From Octopus bimaculoides (Eukaryota), in NCBI RefSeq assembly GCF_001194135.2, contig NC_068996.1:18589016-18626236 (forward strand): a stretch of DNA of 37,221 nt, written 5' to 3'. The position numbers and the translations under genes were made by a program. This document shows positions 23,575 through 36,335 of the stretch, piece after piece. Positions within the stretch are counted from its first letter, which is position 1, and each line of letters starts with the position of its first letter. Below the pieces are notes generated by a model. The model did not search any database, had not been told where the DNA came from, and worked only from the letters and a program-made list of their open reading frames with translations.

Positions 23575-23705
23575 TCTTTCTCTCTCTCACTCCTCTTTCT
23601 CTCTCTCACTCCTCTTTCTCTCTCTCTCCCCTCCTCTCTCTCTCTCCTCTATCTCTCTCTCCCCTCCTCTCTTTCTCCCCTCCTTATCTCTCTCTCTGGC
23701 TCTCT
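23510..23705. repeat. (CT)-rich polypyrimidine low-complexity tract
   Basis: Interrupted (CT)n. Confidence 0.95.
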
Positions 23706-25729
23706 GCCAAAGTGAAAGATAGGATAGAAAAAAAAATCGAGCTTTTTATATTTAAAATGTCCCATTAGCAATTTCAACGGTGCTGGTTTATTTGTCATTT
23801 GCATGTAATTTAAATAATCATTGTTACACGTCCTTCCTATACAACCCCTACTCCTGAACGAAAAACCATTTCGTCGAAAACATTAAGCAGATGGTAATAT
23901 TTATGATAGTATTGTGGGGATTGGAAAGTAAATAAAAGTCGCCATTGTAACTTAATAGGAAACCCTATCAAGTTTTATCACCCATATGAATACTTATACA
24001 CTTTGTCGAATACAGTGGTTAATATTACAAAAGCAATTAGTTTATTTGTCTTGATATCTGTGTAATGATTCCAACAACAACTTGAAGCGTTTTGTAGGAA
24101 AACGTACAGACAAGTAAGTTACAAATGAATACAGAAAACATCTAATTTTACCATTTTAGAGCTTTTAACGTTCACACCCTTCCGTCTTACCACACCAAAA
24201 CCGCCATAGTTTTTCAAGTATCCCAACTTAATCTTGATCCCGATGCTATCAACAAGAGGACCTGATAACTGAAATACTAGAATATAATACTAAACTACAA
24301 ATATATAAGCGTACTGGCAATCAAATCTGTTGAAGGAAAATATAAACTTGAACTGTTCTTCCTCTCCACGTCCTCAACACAACAGTCCCACATGCACCTC
24401 ACTGGACATAAAGCAGGAGAAATTTGAATTTTTGCTGTTGACGGACGGACAGACGGGCACATACACACACACACACAAATACTCACACACGCAAATGCAA
24501 AATGGTAGGTCCAACTTGTGAGTGCGCGTGCGCGTCTACATGCATGCATATGTATATTTCTGGTGTGTGCTTGCGTATGTGTGTGTATATATATATGTAT
24601 GTATTTCTATACACACATACACGTACTAGTATGAAGGCACGATGTGTCACTATATATCCAGAAGCACGATGGTGGGTGTCAGTGTGTGTGTGTGTGTGTG
24701 TGTATTCCTTCAGCATGTTGATGACTGTCTATAATATATCTAACTGGAAAACAGTGGGCTCCCGTGTAGGTAATTATTCCCAAGCAATAGGGGATAAAAT
24801 GTCACTGGAAATATTTAACTTCTACAAAGGATAGGGTTTTACCTCTGGACAAATTAATCTTCTGCCAGAATGATAGATTCGAAACTAAGCAAATCAGTGG
24901 GAGGGTCATTCAATAGAATAAATAAAACAACATAGTGTTTACACAAGTTGTTGTCAGTTGACTGTACTGTATACTTTCGGAAGAAATTGTCAGTGAACGC
25001 ATACATTTATAAAGAGAGATCAGTCTATAATTTAAAGAAAGAAAAGGCAAGATTTTTTAGAAGAGACTCTGTGTGTATGTGTGTACACGCGTGCGTGTGC
25101 GCGTAAACTTAAAATGTATTTATAAGCTTCCAGTAGATTCTCTTACTCTGTAGCAGTGTTGAGAATCAGTGTGTGTGAAATTCACAACAACCTTTGATAA
25201 CAACAGTTACTGATAAGTCAGAGTTCATTTAAAAGGAGTAGGTGACGAACCATAGTAAGCCATGTTAGTCTTCATTTCTGTATCTCAGTCGTACACAAAA
25301 GTTTAAAAAATGTTACTTAGACAACGTATTTATTTCGCCGAAACAATAACCAAAAAGAATAGGCAAGTGTTTATTACAGAAAATTGAATCCGGTTCGTGT
25401 ATTTATTTTCCTTTAAAATCCAACGATTTAATTTGCAAAATACAACAAATAATGATTTAATATGAATATAGTAATGAAAAATATTGTAAGAGACATAAAA
25501 ATTAAGTAGTAGCTTGTGAATAATATCTATGTAACTGTGGAATCAACAAGAGTAAAAGTTATAGTTTTAAACCCTGAGTGAAATCTTATCATTTGGCACT
25601 TAACTAAAGAACACTTAGTACTGGATACTTGAACTTGTCTGCAGATATGAAAGTACCATGGAATTGTACACAATACCAGAAGTAAAATAAAAAAAAAAAA
25701 GGAAAATTAAAAAAAGGAAGCTTTTAAAG

Positions 25730-26430
25730 ATCGTCGGGATTGGGGCGCAGCTAAATGAAACAGAAGAAACCATCGTGAAATTGTGAAGGCAACAAAAATG
25801 TAAAACACAAACCAAAACAAATGGAGTCTCAGAGCTGTAATGGATAAGTAAGACATTACATAGTAAACACCCTACAAAGGCCAGTGATCTTGATGCTGTT
25901 GATCCATCAGTGATTGGCTGCACCTGATCTTAAATCTGAAACAGGAAGTTTCATTATTGCTGCTCAGGATTTGTGCCTGCTCGCAAGAAATTACCTCAAC
26001 ATTCTTTAAAACGGTGTTGATCTTAACTGCCGCTTTTGTGGTACAACCAGAGAAACAATTGACCACTTCATCTCTGGACGCTCTATGTTAGCCTGAAATA
26101 AATATATTCCGCCATGATAGACTTGGACAATATTCGAATTGGATAGTATGCCCTAAGAACTAACGAGAGTATAAGCTTGCCAAAGTCGTAGAAATTAAAG
26201 ACGTCACCGTTCTTTGAGACTTCAGTCTTCAATCTGGTTGAGTTATTCACGTCAGTAGACCAGATATTGTGGTAAAAATCGACGCATCAATCCCAGCAGA
26301 TTGCAAAGCAAAAATTTGTGGTATCTAACAACAACTTTACCTGTAATCACCGGCACTCTTAGATAACATGATCAAATACCAGGAAACCCAAAAACACCAT
26401 GTCCATCCTCTAAGAAAATCACTATCTGAA
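25730..26430 (+). pseudogene. R4/NeSL-type (restriction-like endonuclease) LINE C-terminal remnant
   Basis: LHSKHP...HQ*L...LKSETGSFIIAAQD...RNY...CRFCGTTRETIDHFISG (CCHC knuckle, last C lost)...VTVL*DFSLQ...SRPDIVV..IDASIPAD...VITGTL (RLE PD..D motif). Several stops and deletions. Confidence 0.85.
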
Positions 26431-26645
26431 TCTTTTAAGTTCTTTCAAAATAACTAATTTTAGAACAATTTTTTAATAAAATCTTAATACTCGATATTTG
26501 GTCTCTTTTCCCTGGAATGTATCATTGTTATTCATAAATATCACCCACAATAAAACGACCATCTTGCTTTTTTTACGTACGGTCTCTGGTTGAAACTTAA
26601 AATATCTTGTATAAAATAAAGCAACAACAACAATAATAATAATAA

Positions 26646-26843
26646 TTGTTTCAAATTTTGGCTCAAGGCCAGCATCTCAAAGGATGAAAGAATTAAGTCG
26701 ATTACATTGACCCCGATGTTTGACTGGCCCCCGAAAAGATAAAAGGCAAACTTGACCTCGGCGGGATTTCAGCACTGAAGTTAAATAACCAAAACAAATA
26801 ACATTTTCTCTGATGCTATAACGATTCTGTCAGCTTGCCACCT
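26646..26843 (-). mobile_element. SINE family 2, diverged copy
   Basis: Reverse complement matches 33030-33248 (GAGGTCAAGTTTGCCTTTTATCTTTTCGGG...). Confidence 0.7.
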
Positions 26844-27419
26844 CAATAATAATAATATTTTACAGAACTTTGAATTGATATTTACTAACAAGGTTTCGCT
26901 CAAATATGATTAGCAGTTAAGCCTAATATGCTACACTGCCATGTATATATTTTAAAAATCCTTGGATGAAAAATATCCATCGGAATTTCCCCTCCTTTCC
27001 CACTCCCCCCGAAACACTAGTAATAAAAGACAAAGCAGGAACGACGAAACAGCAACAGCAAGGAACGTTGGTTTGTGAATATTATACAATATATGATAGA
27101 CACTATCAAAACTGTCAGACAGAAAATAACGGAAGTAGAAAAATATAAAATGTAAACATACAAAAAAAAGAAACAAAGACTTTTCTTGTAAGTTGGTTAC
27201 TCTTAGAAGGAGAAATCTTCGATATGCAAGATTAACTTTTAAGACTTAGGTAGACAGTCAAATAACGTAGACAGCCAAATTTATGATATCAATATACTTT
27301 ATAACATTCTTTAAAAACATAGCGCTCATTTTGTATACGCCCATTAGGTGTATTTTTAGATAGACTGACAAGATTATGTTACACTAGTCGAAAAAGCAAA
27401 TACAATTGGAAGGGTTCAA

Positions 27420-27474
<55 letters not shown>

Positions 27475-27926
27475 GATGTTGTGTATGCGTCTCGCCCTTT
27501 AAATCGCTTTATAAATTCCTTATGTGAAACATAGAACAAACCCGAAACTTCTAAGCAACGTTTGTTGTGACGCAAATTTAAGATAGAAATTTGAACTCAG
27601 TGACAGCTGTTTAATGGCCATGTGAGTAAGTTCTTTAAATTTGCATCATTTCATTCATCGCGAACAGTCCCCCTGTAAAAAAGCATGAATGCCACAGTTA
27701 TCCTCATTTTCTCTTCTGCTCTATAATTTATTTGTACTCGATCAAAAGAAATTAAATTGATAGAAACAGAAAAAAAACCCCAGTTAAATATCGTTTATTA
27801 TGTTTTAAATTCTTTTGGCTGATCAGTTGTGGTTGTTGTTATTTGACTGTAGGTCAGAACAAAACTATGATCAAAAATGTTCAAGCGGGAATAATTTCAA
27901 TCTTAATTTCAGACGTTACACACATC

Positions 27927-27968
<42 letters not shown>

Positions 27969-27970
27969 TA

Positions 27971-28184
27971 TGGCTTCAAATTTTGGCACACAGCCAGCAA
28001 TTTCCGGGGAGGGAGTAAGCTGATTGCATCGAATCTAGTGCTCAACTGTTACTTATTTTTTATTGACCCCGAAAGGATGAAAAGCAAAGTCGACTTCAAA
28101 GAAATTTGAAGTCAGAACGTAGCAACGGACGAAATGCCGCTAAGCATTTTGCCCGGCGTGCTAACAATTCTACTAGCTCGCTGC
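27971..28184 (-). mobile_element. SINE family 2, near full-length (a second partial copy at 28235-28325)
   Basis: Minus strand GCAGCGAGCTAGTAGAATTGTTAGCACGCCGGGCAAAATGCTTAG...GTCGACTTTGCTTTTCATCCTTTCGGGGTCAATAAA; (AAT)n runs on both sides. Confidence 0.8.
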
Positions 28185-28625
28185 ACTAATAATAATAATA
28201 ATAATAATAATTATTATTATTATTATAATAATAATCCTTTCTACTACAAGCACAAGGCCTGAAATTTGGGGGAGGAGATAGCCGCGCTCTACTGGTATTT
28301 ATTTCATCGACCCTGAAAAGATGAATGACATACATATCCTTTGGTATATGCACATATGTCTCTCTATATTTTGTAGTTTTTCTCTGTCTTTAATCACCCT
28401 CTCCAGTCTGTCTACGCGCGCCCACGTTCACCAAGTCGGTAGTAAATCTCTCGTTTCTCTCTCTCTTTCTGTATCTCTAAAATGGAAAATAAAGGAATGG
28501 AAGTTCAGTTAATCAAATTTTTGTATGCCTGTTTGTGTGTGCGCGCGCTTGATGAGTCTAATCTTGTATGTATGTCTCTGTGTGTTCTTTCGTAACGTGT
28601 TCTTTTCGTTTTCTTTGTCGGTCAG

Positions 28626-28736
28626 AAGATGTGGAGAAATTTTATTGTAATAATGAACAATATTCCGCCCTGAGACTTCTATGGATCAGATTGGCTTCAA
28701 CTTTTCTTGAGACAAAAAAAGGGCATGTACTTAAAG
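28626..28736 (+). CDS. Weak candidate internal exon (111 nt, phase 1-1), product unknown
   Basis: Polypyrimidine tract plus CAG acceptor, AAG|GTACAT donor, open frame xDVEKFYCNNEQYSALRLLWIRLASTFLETKKGHVLK. No partner exons and no recognised domain. Confidence 0.2.
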
Positions 28737-28902
28737 GTACATAGGTCGAAAGAATTTGCACGCACAATGCGGTGTTTAATCTGAAATAAAAGAAAGCACA
28801 AAAAGGAAAACAATCTTTAAACTTTAGTACGTTGTGTGTGGAAATAATTGCTGGTCGTTGGTCATCTTGGTCATTGATCTACTAGCCAGCATAGGCTGAA
28901 GC

Positions 28903-28936
<34 letters not shown>

Positions 28937-29531
28937 AAGTAACGACTACATAAAGATGGATGCTCTCGTAGACTTAATGTAATTAGCATTTGTTATGATA
29001 AATACGTTATAATGTGACATAATTTCAGAATAGAATTTGTGATATTGAAATCGGTAGAGCATCGGATCAAATATATTATATCATATTTTTAACTACACCC
29101 TTTCACGTTTTAAGTTTTCAAATTCTGATGAAGTGAATTGTGCCGCTTTATATTTGTAGTGTCAGTGAAATAAGAAATGGTCGAGAGATTGATCACACAC
29201 TTCACCACACCTTTCGCAATATCCGTAGGGTCTTTATTTGTCGAAGAAATCATTACTTAATAAAAAGATATCGGCGGTGTAAATTTGATCGATAAACAAC
29301 GACCTTGAGGTTTCATCGTCTGCTTTCATACACTCTACATTTTTTTCTGGGTTGAAAGCACAACTTTAGATGACCAGTAAGTCCATTATTTTGCAATATA
29401 TTATAGAAGACGTTGCACATGTGAGCACGACTCCCCATTTGGTAATCGTGACACGTCCTCTAGAGGTTGGGCTAATTTTTGTAGATCAAGGATTTATGTT
29501 GTATGATATTTGATATATTTGTATTTATTTG

Positions 29532-29747
29532 CATTGTTTATATTTGACGGATATTCGTCCTCATCTTGTTCGTTGTTAACACAACGTTTCAGCTGATATA
29601 CCCTCCAGCCTTCATCAGGTGTCTTGGGGAAATTTCGAACCTGGGTTCTCATTCCTGAGGTATTTTTTGATTTTATTATTATTATTATTATTATCACTGC
29701 CTGGAATCGAACTCGGAATGTTGGGGTTAGTAACCCGCGTTCTTAAC
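29532..29747 (-). mobile_element. tRNA-head + hammerhead unit, copy B (lacks A-box; inverted arm)
   Basis: Reverse complement of copy C. Intact HHR at 29623-29578: GACAC-CUGAUGA-A-GGCUG...CAGCU-GAAA-C-GU-U-GUGUU. Confidence 0.9.
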
Positions 29748-29748
29748 T

Positions 29749-30015
29749 GTGGGCATATGGCGTAGTGGTTAAGGGCGCGGGCTACTAACCCCAAGATTCC
29801 GAGTTCAATTCCAGGCAGTGACCTGAATAATAATAACAACAACAACATCGAAAAATATCTTAGGAATGAGAACGCAGGTTCGAAATTTTCCCAAGACACC
29901 TGATGAAGGCTGGAGGGTATATCAGCCGAAACGTTGTGTGAACAACAAACAAGATGAGGACAAATATTCGTCAAATGTAAATAATGTACATAATTCCTCA
30001 TCTCTTAAATATAAA
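29749..30015 (+). mobile_element. tRNA-head + hammerhead unit, copy C
   Basis: A-box TGGCGTAGTGG at 29758-29768, B-box GAGTTCAATTCC at 29801-29812, an (AAT/AAC)n linker, then the HHR at 29896-29939. Confidence 0.9.
29896..29939 (+). ncRNA. Minimal type I hammerhead ribozyme with palindromic stem III (dimer-type)
   Basis: Stem I ACAC/GUGU, CUGAUGA 29900-29906, one extra A, stem II GGCUG/CAGCC, GAAA 29928-29931, loopless AC|GU stem III, U17 at 29935. Confidence 0.75.
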
Positions 30016-30671
30016 ACTAATATTTGTATTTGTCTATGTCGTTCATTTACTAGACACTGGCTACTGAGTTATTTCTCTTTGCTCATTTCTGTTTTGATTA
30101 TATATAAATGTGTGAGATATATATATATATATGTGTATGTGCGTTTAACTGCGTGTGTATTTATGTCTGTGTGTAATGTATGGATGAATCACTTCTCTTA
30201 ATTTTCTTAAAAAATTAACAAGTAAATTCAGCAACATTCTATAATCTGTCCTTTAATAATTATAATTATTTCTCTTTCGTTAATTAACGCGGCTTACAAT
30301 AAAATTTTAATGGGAAAGTGTAACAATTCAAGTAAAAAAAAAAAACTTATTCTCATAACATAATTATAAAAATAATGAAAATAATTTGTTTCCGCTTTAC
30401 TTCGATGATTACATGCTCACATACGATAGTGTGTATACATAAGTGTGCACCATATATATACTAGTGTATACGTATGTTTGTGTGTGTGTAAATATATGCA
30501 TATATGTAGGTATATATGCATGTTTACATGTATGTAAATATACATATATGTATACAATCTTGTATACATATGTCTATATTTATATTTGTATACGTATGCA
30601 TACATATACTGTCTGTATATGTTTTAGTTTTATATATATATAATTTGTATGAATGCATTTATCCATCCATC

Positions 30672-30744
<73 letters not shown>

Positions 30745-32124
30745 GTACACATATACACCCAAAAGTGTTTTACAACCTAATATTTACTTGCTGTTATTTA
30801 TAGCTTTATGTGTCTACTTCGAGACTCAATTGCAAAAGAGAATTGTGTGTGTATTCATGTATTTGTGTATGTACTTCTATATATATGCGTTTGTATGGGA
30901 GAGAGAGAAAGAAAGAGTTGGTGTATGTGCATTTATGTATGTCTGTTTATGCGATGTGAATGATGATACTTTTTGACGAAAGCAACGCATTTATGAGCAT
31001 CAGACGAATGTAGATAACGATTGAATGTCGGTGTGATTTGAACTTGGAACTTAATGGCATGTACCATAAAGGTATTTTGTCTGCCTTTGTACCGACTTCG
31101 GCAATCCACCCCTCAGGCGTTGACTCCTGGTATCATTTTATGAATAACGTCTATGTGCATGCTCTGTAATATTTGCTTCGTCTTGCTTTATTTATATGCC
31201 TGTTCTATAACCAGGCACACATTTCATCATCAATACCATGAGTTTTTAAGATTGTTGATGGAGAAACTTTATTGTCAAAAGAGCTCTAGAAGTGACGCTA
31301 GCGCTCTCTCTCTCTCTCACTCTCTCTCTCTCTCTCTCCCCTCCCCCCCTCTCTCTCTCTCTCAAAACAACAATGCTCAACATAGTAGTGTGATTCGAGG
31401 GGTAGTTTTCTTGCTCTACCACTTACTGGATTCTAGTTTGGTATTGTGTCATATGTCACGGTGTTGTTGACTGTGAAACATTGTTAATCATTTTCGATAG
31501 TATGCTTGAAGTGAAACATTGCTGTCTCTGGCTTAATCTACGCATGGCAAAAATTGACTTCTAGCCGTGACCATCATCACCCCACTTTCTGTATGTCATA
31601 GGCTATCTCCGTTTGCGTTATTCCATGTGGTACTCTCTCTCTTTTTAAGAGGTTCTGATATGATGTAAATTTGGCTGTTAATCCTAGCAGGTTAAGGGTC
31701 CTCATGGAATCCCTTCTTCAGCTTCTGTTTTATGATGTCTTCATAGTTTCAGCTCCTCAGTATATTGAAAATAAGACAAAGTTAGCATTACTGATGTTGC
31801 TGTTGCTGTTTTGCTTAGGTCGGCTTTGATTGAGTAGACATACGGTCAAAGTTTTTCTACTCATAACGATCTTGTTTTTCTTGTTCTTGTTGTTGTTGTT
31901 ACTACTACTACTACTACTTATCGTTTGTAGGTCGTTATATAACCTGCTGAGGCTGGTGACACCTCAATCAATTGACATTTGATTATTTAAAAGCAATCAA
32001 CTTAAGAGTTAATAATCTAGAGGCTGGACAATTAATACAAAATTGTGTTGCTGTTTTATGATTACTTTATTTTTAATCAGTGAAATGTGATAAACAACGA
32101 TTATGGAGTGTTTGCGCGCGCGCG

Positions 32125-32213
<89 letters not shown>

Positions 32214-32281
32214 TTCAGCATCGAATAAGCTTACATTGTTAAACAAAGCGGAAATTGCTAATTTGTGTGTGTGTGTGTATT

Positions 32282-32625
32282 GGTGTCGGTGTGGCTGTGT
32301 GGTAAGAAGTTCACTTCCCAACCACATGGTTCCGAGTTCAGTCCCACTGCATGCCATCTTGGACGAGTTTCTTTTATTATAGCCTCAGGCCAACCAAAGC
32401 ATTTTGGTTGGCAGAAACTGAAAAGAAGCCATATCATATGCATTTGTTTGTCTTTGTATTTGTCTCCTACTCCCACCGCTTTAGAATCCGTGTTGGTTTG
32501 TTTACGTCACCCTAATTTAGCAGTTCGCCAAAAGAGGTTGATAAAATAGTACCAGATTAATAAAAAATAAGTATTAAAGTTGACTTGTTCGACTAAACCC
32601 TTCCAGACGGTCCCCCAACATGGCT
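32282..32625 (+). mobile_element. SINE family 1, near full-length diverged copy
   Basis: A-box-like TGGCTGTGTGG at 32292-32302 and B-box-like GAGTTCAGTCC at 32334-32344. Body shared with the other fragments in the window; a further diverged copy lies at 33579-33742. Confidence 0.85.
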
Positions 32626-32635
32626 ATATAACAGG

Positions 32636-32899
32636 TTAAATTTTAAGGACCCGCATTTTTTCAAAATTCTGCCAAACATCCTCAGAGATCTGCAAGATGT
32701 AAATGTAAAAGTTTTTCAAAGAACGTTTGGACAAATTTCTATCAGAGGCACCACATGGCGGCAGGGGACACGAAGAAGACCGGCTCCATCCAATTCGTTT
32801 CTTCAACAGAAACGATACAGGAAAGAAAACTAGTTGCACTGAAAGGCGGTGCCCCAGCATGGCCTCAACCTCTGGCTGAAACCAGTAAAAGATAAAAGA
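32636..32899 (+). mobile_element. 3' end of a CR1/L2-type LINE
   Basis: LNFKDPHFFKILPNILRDLQDVNVKVFQ...APSNSFLQQ resembles the GPxLFNxLP...FKxxLD...AxSNSL ORF2 end. It is followed by the tail AAAGGCGGTGCCCCAGCATGGCC...GAAACCAGTAAAAGAT. Confidence 0.6.
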
Positions 32900-33029
32900 A
32901 CACACACACACACACACACGCGCGCGCGCGGAGAGAGCGCTTACTGTTCCGTTATTGGTGGAGTCAGCAATAAAAAAAAGTATTCAATTCAGTGAGAGAT
33001 CGATGTCATTTAATGTACAGAGTATTTAA

Positions 33030-33248
33030 GGCAGTGAGCTGGCGGGATTGTTAGCACGCTGAGCAAACGCTCAGCAACATTTCTTCCCTCTTTACGTTCT
33101 GATTTCAAATTGCACCGAGGTTGATTTTGCCTTTCATCCTTTCGAGGTCGATAAAATTGAGTACCATTTTATCGAGCGCTGGGGTGGAATTAATTGACTT
33201 ATATCCTCCCAAGAGAATGCTGGCCTTGTGCTAAAATTTGAAATCAAT
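33030..33248 (+). mobile_element. SINE family 2 copy
   Basis: GGCAGTGAGCTGGC..GATTGTTAGCACGC head; central GAGGTTGATTTTGCCTTTCATCCTTTCGAGGTCGATAAA domain shared with the minus-strand copies. Confidence 0.8.
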
Positions 33249-34200
33249 ATACACAGTATTTAAAAAAAAAAGGAGCTACTAATAGTTTCATGCTGTGGTA
33301 ACGCAATAATAAATGGGCATTTTTGTTGTTTCAACTGCATGAAATTGATAGCCGCTCGTATTTAAGTACTGTGTATATTAAATGATATATATTATATTAT
33401 GCATATTGTATACATACACACGCGTGTGCACTCTCAATCTGTGTATGATATATATCGCGGAAAGATGGACGTACAGTGTTAAAAAAAACTAAAAATATGT
33501 CAGTAGGAGACCGAAACTGTTCAGCAATGGTATTTACATTGCTAAAAACGGATTTCTCTCTGATTTTGTTTTAAAAAGCTCACTTTGCAACCATGCGGTT
33601 TCGTGTTCAATCTCGCTGCGTGCATATTGAGTAAGTGACTTTACTATAGCGCGGGCTAACCAATTCCTTGTGAGTTTATTTGATAGACAGAAACTCTGTG
33701 TATATGTGATGCTCGACAACCGGTGTTGGTTTCTTTACGTCCATTGACGTGAAACACGTAAATGACTCGATGCAATGTATGTACATTACACACCTGCTAG
33801 ACCTCTTGATAAGAAATGCATTGGGCGCTAGGCTTAAGACTGAGCTGTGAATTGAGTGAGCTTTCTAGTTTGTATCTGAATTGCATATATCAAGTTTAAG
33901 ATACCCTGCTGATTTCAACATTTGTAATTTTTGCTTCTTAGAATTTTAATTTTTGACCCATAGTCAACACATTCCGGAACAAATTTGTTCAAACGGGTTC
34001 TTTATATGTGTACGCACGCGCTCGTTTGCGGTGTGTGTGTGTTTGTGTGTAGTAGAAAAACTGAGGGACTGTATTGTCAAGGTTGCGTTAATATTCGTCT
34101 GTCACTCTTTTTATTTCATATCCGCTTCTCTCTCATTTTTACCTTTTACTCTGCCAGTTCGTTAACTCATTCGCTCCCACTCACCCGCTAACTCTCGGTG

Positions 34201-34202
<2 letters not shown>

Positions 34203-34240
<38 letters not shown>

Positions 34241-34250
34241 NNNNNNNNNN

Positions 34251-34294
<44 letters not shown>
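34203..34294. repeat. (CA)n - 10-N gap (34241-34250) - (CT)n
   Basis: Compound microsatellite with a placeholder gap. Confidence 0.95.
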
Positions 34295-34299
<5 letters not shown>

Positions 34300-34450
34300 G
34301 TTACTTTCTTCCAACGTCACGTTATCTTTCATTTCATACCAACTCCTGTAATTATGTTGTAGATGCATTTCCTTTTCTTTCCTCATTACAGTCTCCAGTG
34401 AAACAAACGTTGTTTCATATGAACACTTGCATGATGTGACTGATTCAAGC

Positions 34451-34496
<46 letters not shown>

Positions 34497-36335
34497 TTAG
34501 AAACCTCCGGGAAAAATCACTAGAGTGTGGTTAAATGCTTTCTTAAAATTGTCCTAATTTTTATTAGGTTGAGTGATTCCGAAGCCCGCATTAAATAGCT
34601 TCTTTATCTGGAAAGCAATTATTTTCAATGACTTTTCATATTCACAAAGCATTCCCGACCTTGTGTCTAACCTTGCCGCTCCGTTCCGTCAACCACTGCA
34701 CTTCAATCAGTGCCGTAGTTTTTTTACCGTGTGTGTGTGTGTGTGTGTGTTCACACTATGCCAACATTACCATTGCCGCCACCACCACCACCCAACTGCC
34801 TGCTGTAACGCAAACATGACGAGGTTAGAGGAGGTTAGAGTACTTCAATGCCACGTTGCCTGTCAAAATAAACATGCAGTTGGTGTAAGCTGGGTGACTA
34901 TTTTTCACCCCTGCTTATTTACTACAATGATGCTGTTTCAACGTAATTTCGTGACCGAACCCCGGTCCAGCATGTTGTGTGCGTGTGAATGAATATCTCT
35001 GCAGCTGTTCATAGCGATGTTTTGATTACATGAACAAGAGAATTTATCAGTAATATCTTCAGTTTTTTTTTGTTTTTTTCAAGGTGATGATTCTTATCGT
35101 TACAATCTTAAATGAATAAATAAAATAAAACTTAAAGCTACTCTATGTTAACAAGGAATTCCCAATGTGGTCTGTCAACCTGCAAGAAATAGCAACCAAA
35201 TCTCTCTCTCTTATCACATAACATCTTTGTGAAAAGACAGCATATTGGATAGCATTGTCTTAATGAATTGTATCTAGAGAAAAGGCGTGTTTGGTCATAG
35301 CCTTTGTTCGTTGGTCTACTGGTTCAGAGCTGAGCTGGCGTTAAATAATAACTTTCCCAAAACTATTCCACGCAGATTTATGATTACTTATTTTAATTTT
35401 TACAATTTTATTGGAAAACGTGTTTATGTGTAATCTTTGACTCCTTGACTGTTTCCTTAGAAACAACATTCAGTAAATAAAATATTTATTAGACTCTTCT
35501 ACTGTAAATACAACCACCTTGAGTCACTGTCTTATAACTGTAACTTTTAACCAGAGTAACCTATCAGTTTGTGTTCAGCTCACCTCGGATGTTCTGAGTC
35601 TGAGTTACCACCTCCTCTTATTGGTCAGTAAGCAGTTATGGCCAGTCTCTTGCCCATTACCTCCAGGATTACAGCTCAACTATCATCGTTTTTTACAGAA
35701 CCAACAAACTGCACTTTCCGCTTCTCCCTCCAAACTTACGAGCTTCTGTCTTCCTACTCTCTTCATACCAATCTTTTTTTTTTTTAGTTTAACGCGATTG
35801 AATAGTAGAAACACTATAGTACCACACTAGATACTGCACAGTGTTTCGTTCTTGTGTGTTTTTCATTTATCATAAAATAAGTAACAATAGTAGACATGTA
35901 CTGGAGTCGTACCAAGTAGCTAATCTCTTCGCCTAGAAATATGTGACTTTTCATCATTATGAAAAATGAACCCTCATGTTTCATCATGTTTCATGGATGA
36001 GGTGAGAATAAAACCGAAACATGTAGTCTACAGTTTTCTGGATTTTTAAAAATACGATTTTGTACCAGACAAGACTTAAGGCCACCGTAGCGTAAGGGGC
36101 TACAAAGAAGAAAAGAAGTGGGCCTACAAATTCCAAAATACGTTGGTTGGCAAAAAGCTTAAAGGACTAAATATCATAGCCGAGAGGAAAACAAGACGAT
36201 AATAATGAGTTCCAGTGAGCAGTAGTTTAAAAAAAAAAAAAAAAGAATCTATTAAAGTAAAAGGGAAGCTCAACTGAGAAACAATTATTTAGGAATTCTC
36301 TTACTACTACTTCGACAAAGACAAGGAAGTCTATG

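Noticed and set aside
29751-29824. Functional tRNA gene (anticodon loop CTACTAA)
   Set aside because: T-stem and acceptor stem pair poorly and the sequence is embedded in a multi-copy repeat; treated as a tRNA-derived head.
31690-31730. Minus-strand CUGAAGA-AGGG...CCCU motif
   Set aside because: It is followed by UAAC, not GAAA, and it overlaps the end of a different dispersed repeat.
35579-35760. Strong minus-strand donor GAG|GTGAGC and the 103-aa plus-strand ORF
   Set aside because: All three minus frames hit stops within ~45 nt and no acceptor is evident; the plus ORF resembles nothing I recognise.
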